From: Pomacea canaliculata
Lineage: Eukaryota
NCBI RefSeq assembly: GCF_003073045.1
Contig: NC_037593.1
Coordinates: 29,393,367 to 29,457,366 of the forward strand
Length of the DNA stretch: 64,000 bases
Reading direction: 5' to 3'
The position numbers and the translations under genes were made by a program. Positions 11,522-23,840 of the stretch are shown here, one piece after another (position 1 is the first letter of the stretch; each line of letters begins with the position of its first letter). The notes beneath the pieces are model-generated. The model was not told the origin of the DNA, made no database searches, and saw nothing but the letters and a program-made list of their open reading frames with translations.

Positions 11522-14500
11522 TATTTCATTGTACTGTCACAAATTAGCAACGTAGACATTGTCTTTGACTACTTCACCTGAACAGCAATGTTACAAATTT
11601 GGCAGTTAAGGTTATTTTTGTGAACTGCCCTTTTTCAGAGGTGCCCTTATTTGGGGATGTTTAATTTTCTTAGCTAATCAAAAGACCATAAGCTCACTGT
11701 CCAAGCAATGCTACCTGTTTTTTTTTACATTAGGCTTTGATCTTGTCATCAGCATCAGCCTTCTTAGTTTTTTATTATTATTATTATTATTAAGGCAAGT
11801 TATAAGGGCTTATCATTGAGATGAAGTTGCTGTCCATGGTTAAATGCAAAGAAAGAGACATAGTAATGGCATAAATAAAATATAGACGATATGTGCTTTA
11901 CTATCACAAATTAATCTGTAGAGTTTTTGAAAAGGTGGAATCACAGAAGGTGTTCTTTTTGAAGAAATTTTGATAACAGTTTTTATAAGCCTTTTACTAT
12001 TATAAGAACAGTCGAAAGCGAGGCAAAGGATGTCAGAACCACATAGGCCAACTGAAGGGGGCTGCCCAAACCTGGTCCGCTCACAAGGTGTTGCGGCCCC
12101 ATGCTCCTCGAGGAGTAACAAGGACTAAACTAAACTTTATTGTTATAAGGAAGTAGTTCCTTTCACTTTTCAAACGTCCGTAAGTGATATTAAGATTCTG
12201 TTCAATATTGATTTCAACCTGTGGGGATAGTGTACAACATAAGATGATAAAATCTTCTACATTCTTCAGCAGCATTCTTCCTAACACTCAAACGTACTTG
12301 CAAATACTTACATGATGGTATGATGCGCAGGTATATTGAGTGTTGTCCACTGCAGTTCACTCCACAATGGACCAGCAGTCAGTGATTTCAGCTCTTGAAA
12401 GAGATACTGCCATTTCTGCTTGCATGGAAAATAATTTGTCTGATGTGACCAAGATAAAAAATCTATAATTTTTGAGAATAATTTGATGGAATTTTTGCAG
12501 TTTTATGTTTAGGTTCCTTGATTTAAAGGAATGATGATGTTCCAGTTGATGTCATTGTAAAACTGGACATTATGCCTTAGTTTTGAATTTTTTTTTTATA
12601 CAATTTTATTCTATGCCTAGATAAGAAGTTTGGTTACTGCATTGGGTTATGAAAAAAATTATGGCATCTATTGGTTCAAGCTACCTTGGTAGTACTAAAT
12701 ATCAGGGAGAACAACTGTCAAAAGCACAGGCCACAAAAGTCTTCATAAATTATAAATTATTCAATTTAGACTATAACCAGATTTATAAGAGTATAGCAGT
12801 ATATCAAGAATCTTAAATTTGCAACCAAACAACATTTAAACCTACAAACCCATCTTTTTTGGGCAAGATTTCCCAAAAACTTACATTTTATTTTGCAGCT
12901 TGCCAAAAAAAAAGCTTTGATTGGTTCAGATTTTTCTCTAGTTTTAGTTGTGGTTTGAAAAAAAAGTTCAGTTTTTCTTTTTTTATGTGTGAATGGGGAG
13001 TGAGGTAAGGGTGGGTAGTGTTATAATGAATAGGAAAAGTGATGCAATAATTGCGATAAAATTTGCTGAAGATCAGTTAGCCTTTAACTATACCTTAATT
13101 CAACATTCAGCTTATACTTCATAAGCTTTCAGAACACCAGAGTTTAACAATACAAAATATTTTTTTAGTTGTAAATTTAAAATGTAATACTATGATTGAA
13201 TTTTGCTCAATAGATTTCTAAGTGGAGAAGTTTCATGAGGCATTCAGTAGTATGAGCTTCTTATAGTATACTCCTGAAATTTGTATTTGTACTTTTAAGA
13301 TATTTGAGATGCAATACAAAAAAAAAAAAATCCTATTATGCTATATTGCTATTAATATTATTATGTGATTCATTCTATTGGCTTCTATTGTGGTGGTATT
13401 TAAAAGATAAAGAACCTGATGACTGTACTCTTTTCTGTTTTATTCATAAGCATGATAGCATCTGAATCTTAATTTACAAAGTAGTGTAAGTGCTGCAATT
13501 ATGTTGGTTTTTTTTTTTTTAAATGGCTTGAAATCCTTCTGTGAAACCACTAAAACCAATCTGTCATGTAATCACTCGTGCCTCTCATTTAATTTTGTAT
13601 TCTTTATTCGATGCATAAAACCATGAGCATATATTTATATATAGCATGGTCTCAACCAAGATTGTCAGTCTTTCAGATTTAGAAAGACAAAATTTTGCAA
13701 GCACTGAAGCAGAAACTGCTGTACTGCTCTCATTAGTCTGAATCACCAGTAAAATTGAACCAAAAGTCAGACATGCAATTAAGTTTGAAATTGCTTTCAC
13801 ATAGGGCAGTCATCGGCCTGTAGCAAAGCTAAAGAGTGATTCTTTTTTTAATTGTATACGTTGACCTATTGATTGGATTGATCTCAATTCTTACTTCTGA
13901 TGTCACTCAGAACTTTGAGATACTAATGAGACCTTGTTCAGTTGGTAAGCATGCATGTGATATTGCAGGAAATTAGGTCTTGATCTCTTTCCTAATCTTA
14001 GGTGAGAACAGGAATGTTAAAGACATGTTTGTAATGAAGGGAAACAGCGTTTTTGCTCAGATTTTATAAATTAGCATCTTGTAATGAATTAAACCAACTC
14101 ATTTCAAAATAAGTGCGCACTGTTGAGCCCGTCTATCTTCATTGTTTCGTGACAAACCTTTCTTTAAAATGGCTTTTACTGAGCACTTTCCATTGTATTT
14201 TGCATGCTTGGAGTAATGTATCTCACAGTAATGGAACATTAACAAGTTTTTTCCTTTAGTTGCATTTACAATTTATTCTTCAATCCACAGTTTGAACATG
14301 TGCCAACTTATAGTTTCACTGATTTCTGAAGTCAGAAAATATTTCTGTTTATGGCTAGTTTTTGTTTTAAATTTTTAAGGCAGAATATTTTTAACTACAA
14401 AATTATGTTCAAGTTTTACTGGTGTGCATTTTAAAAATAAAGAACTGCAGTCCCCATCATTTCTTTCTTTGAAATTATTAAAATTTATGAAAACAAATTA

Positions 14501-15198
14501 TCATACACAAATGACATTTAAAGTATTCCGTTTGTACTGTGTTCAGCAGAGGACAAATAGTGAGAGAGAACCCTGTCAGCTGCTTCTCTTTTGTACACGA
14601 CCTTTACTTACACTTCAGACATAAAAATATCATTATGCAAGATATTTATATGTTGATAATTCTATTATATTAAATGTATATGTTAGTCACGTCTATGAAA
14701 ATTTCCCTCTCCACCCATCAGAGAAGGTAAAGCCTAAAGGCATCAAAATGGTTAACCACATGCCCCTGCCAGCTGTCTTTATTTTTACAAGTTCAGTCAG
14801 TTTTTAATTTCAAATGTCTATACCTCAACAGTAGTTGTGACAAAAATTATGAGCTTCCCCTTCCTTTTCTCCACTGCCGAATATAACTCGATCTGAGATT
14901 CAGATTAGTTGGTTATTTAGTAGGAAAGTGTTTCCACTTCGTGGTTTCGCACTATGGTGAGAGATACCCGGAGAAAACCCTCGACGCCCAACCCAGCGGA
15001 AAGGTGTCAGATACAGAGAGTGTCCGGAGACGAAATATGAACCCTAAGTGTTTCATTCCAGTGGTGACAACCGTGTGCCCAGAGTTTCAGATCAGCGATT
15101 TCGCGAATTTTATGTAAGGCTTAACTCCCTTGAAAGGCTCTTTCGTAAACACGGTAAATTTGTTACACTCGTGCTTCTGTTAGCCGTTGGAAGACAGC

Positions 15199-15392
15199 AT
15201 GGGAAGATACGCGAGAAAGAAACAACACAAGGGGGACAAACCTTTGAAAGAAAAGTACAGACTTAAACGAAAAACAAAAGATCTGGATCAAATTCAAAAA
15301 GATATGGTTTCCGAGAATGCGAATCGTCTGATGAACCAAGATGTTGATCTCGACAAACCCGGAGGAGCGCAGCATTATTGCCTTCACTGCGC
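15199..15392 (+). CDS. ZNF593: ZNF593 (zinc finger protein 593) orthologue, exon 1. The real ATG is at 15199; the listed ORF start at 15187 is a TTG.
   Basis: Translation MGRYARKKQHKGDKPLKEKYRLKRKTKDLDQIQKDM...DLDKPGGAQHYCLHCA aligns with human ZNF593 MGRSRRTGAHRAH...DPDLPGGGLHRCLACA. Donor CTGCGC|GTATGT, phase 2. Confidence 0.8.
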
Positions 15393-16050
15393 GTATGTGT
15401 TGACTTACTAATTTTGTATTCATCGTCTGTCTTATATATTGCTACTTTTTATATTACTTGGTAAAAAGTCGCTGGGTTTAGGTGAAGCAGTGTAGTAAAG
15501 AAATCGCATTCCCTTTTAAGTTTAAGTAGCCTGTCTTTGCTTACCCTTCGAACGCAACTTAAAGTGCCTAGGTCAGTGTTATTGAACAGAGGGGAGGAGG
15601 TTCGGTTACAGTCCATTGTTCTGTTAATGAACTAGCTTTAAGTGTTATTAGTTGTTATTTGAAGTGCTATTAGTGTTAGTCGTGAGTTATTATGTAGCAG
15701 GGTTGTCCTACCAAACTAGTTAACCTAACCAGTTAACTCCCGACTCGTTGTACTGGTTAACTCTCCACCCGAACGTTATTTTTCCCAGAATTCCTTCCCT
15801 TGCGTCATTTTATATCGTCATAAAATGACGCAACCATATTCTGATGACCATATTCTGTAATTCTGACGAGAATTACACCAACTATAGTACAATTATTTGT
15901 TTGTGATCATGGATGGCTTGAATGATGCAGCTTAATTAAATTAATAAGTTTCGTAGAATATCAGCACAAAGTACCGTTATAAATTGTCTTCTTAGTCATT
16001 TTTATGACTTTTTCTACACGTTGTCAATTGCCAGTTTATCTTTTTTGCAG

Positions 16051-16113
16051 TAAATACTTTGTCAGCAACGAAGCAATCAAAAAACATTTTCAAGGAAAAC
16101 CTCACAAAAGAAG
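16051..16113 (+). CDS. ZNF593: ZNF593 exon 2 (C2H2 zinc-finger completion)
   Basis: Acceptor tatcttttttgcag|T. Translation (A)KYFVSNEAIKKHFQGKPHKR aligns with human [21 protein letters not shown]. Donor AGAAG|GTACAT, phase 2. Confidence 0.8.
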
Positions 16114-16428
16114 GTACATTTTCTAACATATATAGAGACCATCATTCTACATAATGTAACTGTACAATATTGTACACAACCATCCACTTATTATCAATAC
16201 AAAAAATTTTTTAATGACACAGTCAGCATATATCGTATGCATAAAAGTTTTTTCTATGTAAATTACATCCCTGTAAGGATCCACTACAAAATTTTCTTGC
16301 AAGTTTAAGAGGGATTCATGCCTTTATTTTTATACAGTCCTAAGACTCATGCTGCTTATCACAGTGAACACATAGAAAAAAGGTTGTTGGTTGTCACATT
16401 TAACATTGTAAAACCCCACCTTTTACAG

Positions 16429-16594
16429 AATGAAGGCCTTAGAGACAGAAGCTTACACACAAGAAGAGGCAGAACGAGCTGCTGGAATGGGATCTTACAG
16501 GGCACCCAAAAACTTGGGTAAAGTGTGCACACAGTCTGTGAAAGAAGACATGGATGTCATAAGTGACAATGGAACTGCATGTTCCAATGGCTAA
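16429..16594 (+). CDS. ZNF593: ZNF593 terminal exon (stop TAA 16592..16594)
   Basis: Acceptor cccaccttttacag|A. Translation (R)[28 protein letters not shown]... aligns with human [26 protein letters not shown]. Total CDS 423 nt, 140 aa. Confidence 0.8.
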
Positions 16595-17329
16595 GCAAAT
16601 CTTTGCACCTCCTTTTAGGCCTTTATATTAAATCTGATAATAGGAGTACATTGTTAACAGGTATCTGAATAATATCAACACCTGAAATGCCTGTTATTGT
16701 TCACACCTCGCTCATCTAATGATGGGAGTTGACAGGTGCCAGAGTGTAGTATCACCATCTGTAATACTTATTTTTGCTGTGCACCTAAGAGAGATGTTAC
16801 AGTTTGTTTGCACACACAATATCAAGTTTGTTTTTACATCTTTTTGCACAAACTGCTGCAAAATAAATTTCTTTGATGCAAGTTTTACTATTGGTCAGTT
16901 AATTAAAATGTGCATCATAATCAGTTTAGTATAACAATCCCATGCTCATGTGAAATACATAAGCATGCAATGGATATTAAATAATAACAAGCATAGAGAC
17001 ACCCTGATTGCAAAAGTGATTACATTTAATGTTTTAATCTCAAACCATTCATCACAAGCATATTTTCAATAAAGCATTTAGGTTAGTCTTTACAGCTGTT
17101 GAGTTTAATATCTTTGGGTTTATGGAGTAGTATAAAAGGTAGTGAATCTCTTGATTAAAAAATAGAGCTATGCAGAAAAGTTGATTAAACAATGAAGGCA
17201 TTTGTCAAGACCATAAAATTTAAAGGAAAAGATATAAACTATTAAGAATTTGATGTAGTTTGTAGCTTCTGAGCTTGTACAACACTAGTAATGAATTGTT
17301 AGAGAATTTTATAGGCGAAAAATGTCGCT

Positions 17330-17660
17330 TATCACTTGAGAGGAAATAGAACAGCGATTCTCAAAGAATTTCAGACTGCAGAGCACTTAACTGAAGTAAA
17401 AAATATGGCACACCACCAAGGCTTAAATCAATCTAAACCGTGAATTTTTAATTTCAGTTGCTGCATTAGTTTACAATTCACAACTAAATGTACTTTTGTG
17501 ACATAAAATTACATACTTTGCAAAGTTCTTTATTAATTAAAATGATAATGTAATGAACATGGTTTTTTTGGATGAGATATTAAGATGATAAACATCACTT
17601 TGCTGACGTGATGACTGTCAGCCGCTGAGCACACTTTGAGAATGACTGAAATAGAACACA
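17330..17660 (+). repeat. Dispersed or segmental repeat, copy 1. It is related to 18850-19340.
   Basis: Shared blocks include ...aatgtacttttgtgacataaaattacatactttg... and ...aacatcactttgctgacgtgatgactgtcagc.... Both copies are in direct orientation. Confidence 0.5.
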
Positions 17661-18849
17661 GAGCAGTAACACAAGTACTAAAAGTTACATCAGATATGTT
17701 TAACTTGTAGAAATCTAAAGCATTTTAAACTCTTTTTTCAGATAAATGAATAAATGAATTTAATGTGAAAACGTTGCATGATATAAAATCAATAAATAAA
17801 CATCACTGCCATGCACACATTAAGACCAATGCACAGTGGTAAAACCTTTTATTAGATACTGCAGACTGCCATGAACAACAAAATTCATACAATTTTTTGT
17901 TGTTGTTACTAAGAATAAACATGGTGATACACTTCTTTGAGCAATAATCTTTGCATCACTGACTGCTGAACAGAAAAGCCAAGGCATGGAACAATATTTG
18001 CATAATGTTTTTTCATCACAAAAGCATTTGAATCTTCAAGATTTGCAAGACAAGTATGCACCTTCAGCAAAGCAAAATTTACAGGCACGCAGACAAATTT
18101 GTAGGCAAAAAAATCACTCAAATGCAGGGGAATATCTTAAGTTACTTTGAAACAGGCACATGTGCCAAAAAATAAGACCAGCCTTCAAAAGCTCTTCCGT
18201 AGGCTTGAGCTTTAAAGCTAGCCAGGTAACCCGATTTCAATTTAATTACTAATACTAACTCATCCAGCTGTGACGTTATTGTCAATCTTATATCTACTGC
18301 TTTGTTTGAGTCATGCTTATTCATGCATGATGTGCTCTAGATGTCCTTTCCCAAGGCTGACAGGTTCACAGCTCCTGTTTGGCATTGGGGTCATGAAATT
18401 TCAAGTGAAGTGAGAGATACATTTTCCATGATGACAATTGCCTATCGACTATCTTTCTCTCAGTGCCATCTCAAACTTCAAAAGTGTAAAAATTTGTTCT
18501 ACGTAGCAGAGCTCCATCAGTGTCTTCTGTGTAGTTTTTTTTTTTTTCGTTTGGAGCCACCAGTAACATCTTACAATACAGTATGTGTTAAAAGTAAATA
18601 GGCTCTGAAGTTATATACACTTACAATTGGGCTGTAATCAAAAGGAATATTCCTGCTAAATTTTGTGGCCATCAGACAAAGGGTTAAGGATTTTATTAAT
18701 TTAATCCACTTCCTATCTCACGCAAGGCTGTTTATTTGTAAGATCCTATTGGCAAGCTCAAAAGGACTTGTGTCAGAATTGTCATCATCTTTTTCTTAAA
18801 CTTCTGAAAATTTAATATTTTTATTTTATGTATGTGTGTATATATATAT

Positions 18850-19340
18850 TGCAGTATGTTACATCAGTGGTTCTTAAAGTATTTTGGACCGTGGACCACT
18901 TTACTAAAGTAAAAAAATACAGTGAACCATCAAGTCCTAAAATCACTCCGTACCATGAATTTCAATTGCCGCATTTGTTTTTATTGCAATTCAAAACTTA
19001 ATGTACTTTGTGACAATATTATAGTAATAAGTTAACATAAAATTACATACTTCGTAAACTACACATAAAGTTAAAAAATAAGGAAGCCCACTGCATTACT
19101 AAGGTAATGGATGACATTAAGTGACTAAATGCTCGCGCTGAGACATAGAGACTTAGTTGGTAAACGAGTGTTTTATTCGAACGAGCAGGTCGGCATCAAT
19201 AAAATTAAAACTTGTGTGAAATCAATATTGGACTAATTAGCATATCTGGCGATTCAAACATCACTTTGCTGACATGTGATAACTGTCAGCTGTGTACCAC
19301 CTGACTTGTGCATGCGGACCACCGTTACATTTATAGAAAA
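18850..19340 (+). repeat. Dispersed or segmental repeat, copy 2, carrying an internal insertion of about 190 bp
   Basis: Contains ...aatgtactttgtgacaatatt...cataaaattacatacttcg... and ...aacatcactttgctgacatgtgataactgtcagc..., homologous to 17330-17660. Confidence 0.5.
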
Positions 19341-21049
19341 TGCAAATGAACAGTATGTTGTTTGAAATGCATTAGAATGGAAACAGGTGAAGCATGACCA
19401 CTAGGGTAGCTGGTACCTCATGTTTTTCCTCTGTTCCTCCAGGTTAAGCCATTTTTTCCCTCCCAAAGTAGAAGTTCAGAATTTAAGGCTTTTGTTTCGT
19501 TTGTGGGTAGTATGGAATTGGTGTGGATCAGTTATTTTGCCATTGTTGCTGGCAATAATACAAACACTGCCCAACCAGTCAACCTGGATAAGTGAGCAAA
19601 CACAAAGTGCATCCTGTCCAATCATGTGGACAGATAATAGCTTCCTGTCAATGTAGCACTTATACTACTAATATGGCAGTTTTGTGTGAGTGGCGTACAC
19701 CTGCTTGGTCGTCAATAAAAAACATGGTATTCTTAAAAATAGTAGGTGTTTAAGCTCTTGCTTCATCCATAATTATTTTGTAAAGTCCCCAAGATAGTGC
19801 ATACAGAACAAAGAAAGGCATACAATTTTTATTTGTGTTATTGTAAACTTTGTATTCTTCCATTTTAGCAGCTGAGTATTTTCTGTCTTCTGTTAATGAA
19901 CAAAATAAAATCATTCTTCTTTTCATGCTAGCTACTTAAGCATGTATAAATTTTAGTTTGTACTGAAAAAAAAAAAATAAAGCCAATATTAACATTTACA
20001 TATAAAAGGGGGGAAAACACAAAATTTAAATACTTTCCTAACTATAAAAGGAAAAAAGTACTGGGACGCAAAATGTAATCAACACAACCTGAAGTCAATG
20101 GAGGTGGCATAGATGGGAAATAACCATTTCCAGATATCATATGGAACAGCTCATTATCTTATACTGGACCTTGGCTATTGCATTTGTACATTCCATAAAA
20201 CTCTGACAACCAAACATCAAGCATGTTAAATTATAATATGTGCTACATTATGTGGATGGATATTTTATCTAGGCATGGAATTGAATCAACCATGCATCAA
20301 AACATAAGTACAAAATGAGACCATTGTTAAATTTTTCTTATATTTTAAGTTTTAAAATTGCTGGTCTAATAAAAGCGATCTACACAGTACCACAATCCTA
20401 CACATCTGTGCCAACATGATGTTCTCGCACCAGAGCAAACTTGGCCACAACACCTACAATCACTATCTTGGTACTTTTCCAAGCACCTCTATTCTTCAAA
20501 ATGAAAATGGTAAGGGTGGTTAAAAGAAAACACAAGCCTAAAACTAGATAAAGATTAAGGGAGTGGCTTAATACTGGAGAAGGCAAGGAGAAACCAATTT
20601 TAAGGTTTAAAGCCTGCTGTCCACTCTCTAATACAGATAGGTGTTCTTGAACCACAATGAGGAGATGACTCAAAATAATTCAGTATGATCCTGCACAAGT
20701 GAAATATGCATTAATATAAGACATTTAAATGCAATAAGTGGTTTCTGACTAGCACCTGCTGTTGGTTATGGACAAGGAACCTTTTCATTTTTTAAGAAAT
20801 TGGGTACTACTAAAATTATAGTACAAAATGTTCAGCTTTCAAGTTTTCATTTTCCTGAAATCCAGAGATGTGGCGCACCTTTACATGCTGTACAAGCAAA
20901 GGTTTCTGAAGGAATGATGGAAGATGTTGAAATCTTAACACAGCATACTTGCATGTAAGCATAGGGACAAACATCATCCACAACGGATCAACAAACTAAG
21001 GGGAGCATCATTGGTTACACCCAGACAAAGAATCTGATATACAGTCTTA

Positions 21050-22000
21050 GCATTGAAAATCAGAAAACATCAACATCAACCAAACTGGTGAACAACCAAA
21101 TAGGAACTTACTTTCATACCACAGTAGGCATACACTCGCTCTATCACCGGTGCTGTTTAATATCTTCTTGGAGAACATGCTCCAAGCTTTCCACAACCAT
21201 CATACTTCCATTTCTACACTTCACAGACGACATAGATCTGTTAACAGGCACTAACAACTGCAAGACTTCACCACCAGATTGACAGAGAGTTCAAATAAAT
21301 ATGGAATAGAGACCAGCACTGAAAAGAGCAAAGTTATGATCAATGATAGCGGCAAAGCAGAGATTTAAATGAACAGGGTACAGCTCGAAGAGGTAAACAC
21401 CTTCAAATACTTGGAAGCCACTCTCTCCAAGGATGGCAGCTCCACGCCAGATATTCACATCAGGACTGCAACAGCAATAGCGGCAATGGCTGGGCCAGAT
21501 AGGATCAAAGATAAGGTTCACTACCAAGTACAAGCTGTACAAATGCCTGGTAGTGCTGATCCTGCTCTACAGATGTGACATGGACTCAGTTTACCAAAAC
21601 AAGAAGGAGAATACAGGCTTTTAAGAACAAGTTCCTGAGGAGGTTGCTCTGGATCTCATACAAAGAACACAAAACAGCTTTGTGCGAAACATGATGGCCA
21701 CACTCATTAGACACCAGAAACCCCTACTTTCAACAGTTGCGACATAAAATGGTCTTTGGCCATGTGACCCAACATGACACCCTGTTGAAGACTATCCTCC
21801 AAGGCACCTTTGGGTAGCTCATAGCAGATGCTGCAGTGGCCAAAGAAAGAACTGGCTTACGAACATCAAATACTAGACTAGTCGTCCTGTACAGAACCTG
21901 CTGACTATCCTCCTCAACAGGCAAGAATGGCGGGTCCGGTCAGCTGCCATGTCTATCCATGTATCACCGAAGACAGGTGGCAGTCAGGGGATGACTGACT
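21050..22000 (+). mobile_element. Decayed non-LTR retrotransposon (LINE, CR1/L2/RTE-like) reverse-transcriptase 3' fragment
   Basis: Translations carry the RT hallmarks LALSPVLFNIFLE and FTDDIDLL (FADD box). Further on come ...NRVQLEEVNTFKYLEATLSKDGSSTPDIHIRTATAIAAMAG.DRI... and ...NMMATLIRHQKPLLSTVAT*NGLWPCDPT*HPVEDYPPRHLWVAHSRCCSGQRKNWLTNIKY*TSRPVQNLLTILLNRQEWRVRSAAM, the typical LINE ORF2 C-terminal domain. Frameshifts and stops indicate a dead copy. Confidence 0.7.
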
Positions 22001-22848
22001 TACTCTCCCTGACTTACTCATATTCACTAACAACAGAAATTTTATGTACATGGACATGTATTATAAAATAAACTATCTTTATAAAATTCTTTGATATGAC
22101 CAGTTTTGGTCATAGGAAATAGGCATTTATTTCAGCCATAATGTTCTTTCATATCTGGCATAAGGCTTCATGTCAGCAATTATTATCAAATTCTAAACAT
22201 GAGGCAAAACCTTCACAAAAAAACAGAAATATGAACAACCACCATAAAAGTAAATATACGGCCATGATCACAACACACATTACCTCTACAGTAATATTCT
22301 TTAAACTGCTGTTCCTGATTTAGTTTATGAAAAGAATATGTGACTGTAAGTCTCAAAGTGCATAAAATGATTGTGCTGGTAATGCCACTTACACATAAGT
22401 AGCATTTAAATTCTTATTCAGTCTTGATTATATATAATAACAGTGTGTGAGCCAGGTTACAGATTACACATTAATAAAATATATTTGTTCCAAGATATAC
22501 TAAAGAACCTAGGTGAACTTTTAAAAAGATAAGAGTCTGGGAGAGTCACAAACACAGCACAATCTGTTTCCTTTTACATCTGATTAGTAATATGACGTGT
22601 TATACAAAGAATTTTTATACAGTTTTCTAAAACAGTATTTTTGAAAAGTAGGTGGTGATGGAAAGTAAACAGGCTTTTTATGAACTTGTACCTGTCAAAA
22701 CACTACAAATGAAAAGCTGAAAAAAATCTGTAAGTATAAGCATTCAAAACCCCTATCCCACCAACACACACTCACTTGACCACATTCAATGTTTTCCACC
22801 ATGACAAATGCCCCTACTGCAGCATGTCAATCCTTTCTTGCTACTTAA

Positions 22849-23131
22849 TCAAGGCTTTATATTTAGCATTCTTTCAAAACTAGCAAAGGTATCATAATTA
22901 ACATTCTGTGGCACAAAAAATGCATGGTGGTTGAAATTGGAGGCTTTGTACAAGTTGTCCATCTCATCATCTAGCAAAAGTATTTCTTTTGATTTTATCA
23001 TTATGCCATATTTTGCATACAGTTCATTGACAACAGATGTAATATGAGGCTCTTTACAAAGGAAATGCAGAGATTCTTGTTGATCTTCCGAGTCTGATGG
23101 GGTACTCTGGACAATTACTTTTGTAGCTATT
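22849..23131 (-). CDS. HAD-superfamily phosphatase exon 2 (stop TGA 22851..22849)
   Basis: Acceptor tttgatttttttgttaacag|A. Translation (K)IATKVIVQSTPSDSEDQQ...KYGIMIKSKEILLLDDEMDNLYKASNFNHHAFFVPQNVNYDTFASFERMLNIKP* carries HAD motifs III and IV (K...LLLDDE). It resembles the MDP1 C-terminus FFDDERRNI...G. Total CDS 579 nt, 192 aa. Confidence 0.6.
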
Positions 23132-23544
23132 CTGTTAACAAAAAAATCAAAATAGCAAATGAAGCTGATTGTTTTTATGTTTATAGGATGAACATGATCT
23201 ATTCAGCAGTGTCTAATCATAAAATTTGAACAATAAAACATCTCAAATATTGACACTGTTATTATAAGTGCTATCACTATGTGAATATTCTTTGGAAAAA
23301 ATGGGTTGTCATCAATGCCTTACAAACGTGTTAACATTTTCAAATGACTCTCATCTGTGTTATACATTAGATTCAGGTATTGTTTGCTCTCTGCTATATT
23401 TTGCATAACAATGAAGTTACGTAAAACTTTTGAACAAACTTCAAAACGCTTAACATACTTGATGTATTTCTGTGGACATTGTGTGTACAGTCTTAAATCG
23501 AATTCTTTTATTGACACAATAGAGTTAACTGTATTGACCCTCAC

Positions 23545-23840
23545 TTTTTGGGCAAAACTTTCTGAAGCAACTCGCGGATCATCCAGGCTTGTCTACTGAA
23601 AGTCACAATGCAGACATGTATGCCTTTACGATGTGCATGCTCTACGAGATCGCGCATACAAGGTCGCACATGCACTGTCAGTTTGTCTGTGCCTTCTTTC
23701 CAGCTACCTCCCGTATGAATGTCCACCAATGTTTTATCGAAATCCACCGCCAGCAATTTTATACCTTTCTTCGTCAGAGTGCTTACGAAAGATTCTAATG
23801 TTGGATCAATTTCTGATGCTTTGTTACCAATGCAGGCCAT
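23545..23840 (-). CDS. HAD-superfamily small phosphatase (MDP1-like), exon 1 (ATG 23840..23838)
   Basis: Translation MACIGNKASEIDPTLESFVSTLTKKGIKLLAVDFDKTLVDIHTGG...IHVCIVTFSRQAWMIRELLQKVLPK carries HAD motif I (DxDxT: VDFDKT) and motif II (IVTFS). Donor CCCAAAAA|GTGAGG, phase 2. Confidence 0.6.

Noticed and set aside
15187-15198. ORF-track start of ZNF593 at 15187
   Set aside because: That codon is TTG. The first real ATG, at 15199 (MGRY...), matches the human N-terminus.
20398-20673. 91-aa minus-strand ORF with hydrophobic stretches
   Set aside because: No recognisable homology, no flanking splice or promoter signals, and it lies in repeat-rich intergenic DNA.
23320-23599. ORFs 23320-23544 (minus) and 23357-23599 (plus) inside the HAD gene intron/exon boundary
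   Set aside because: Intronic AT-rich frames. The real gene uses the 23545 donor and the 23131 acceptor.
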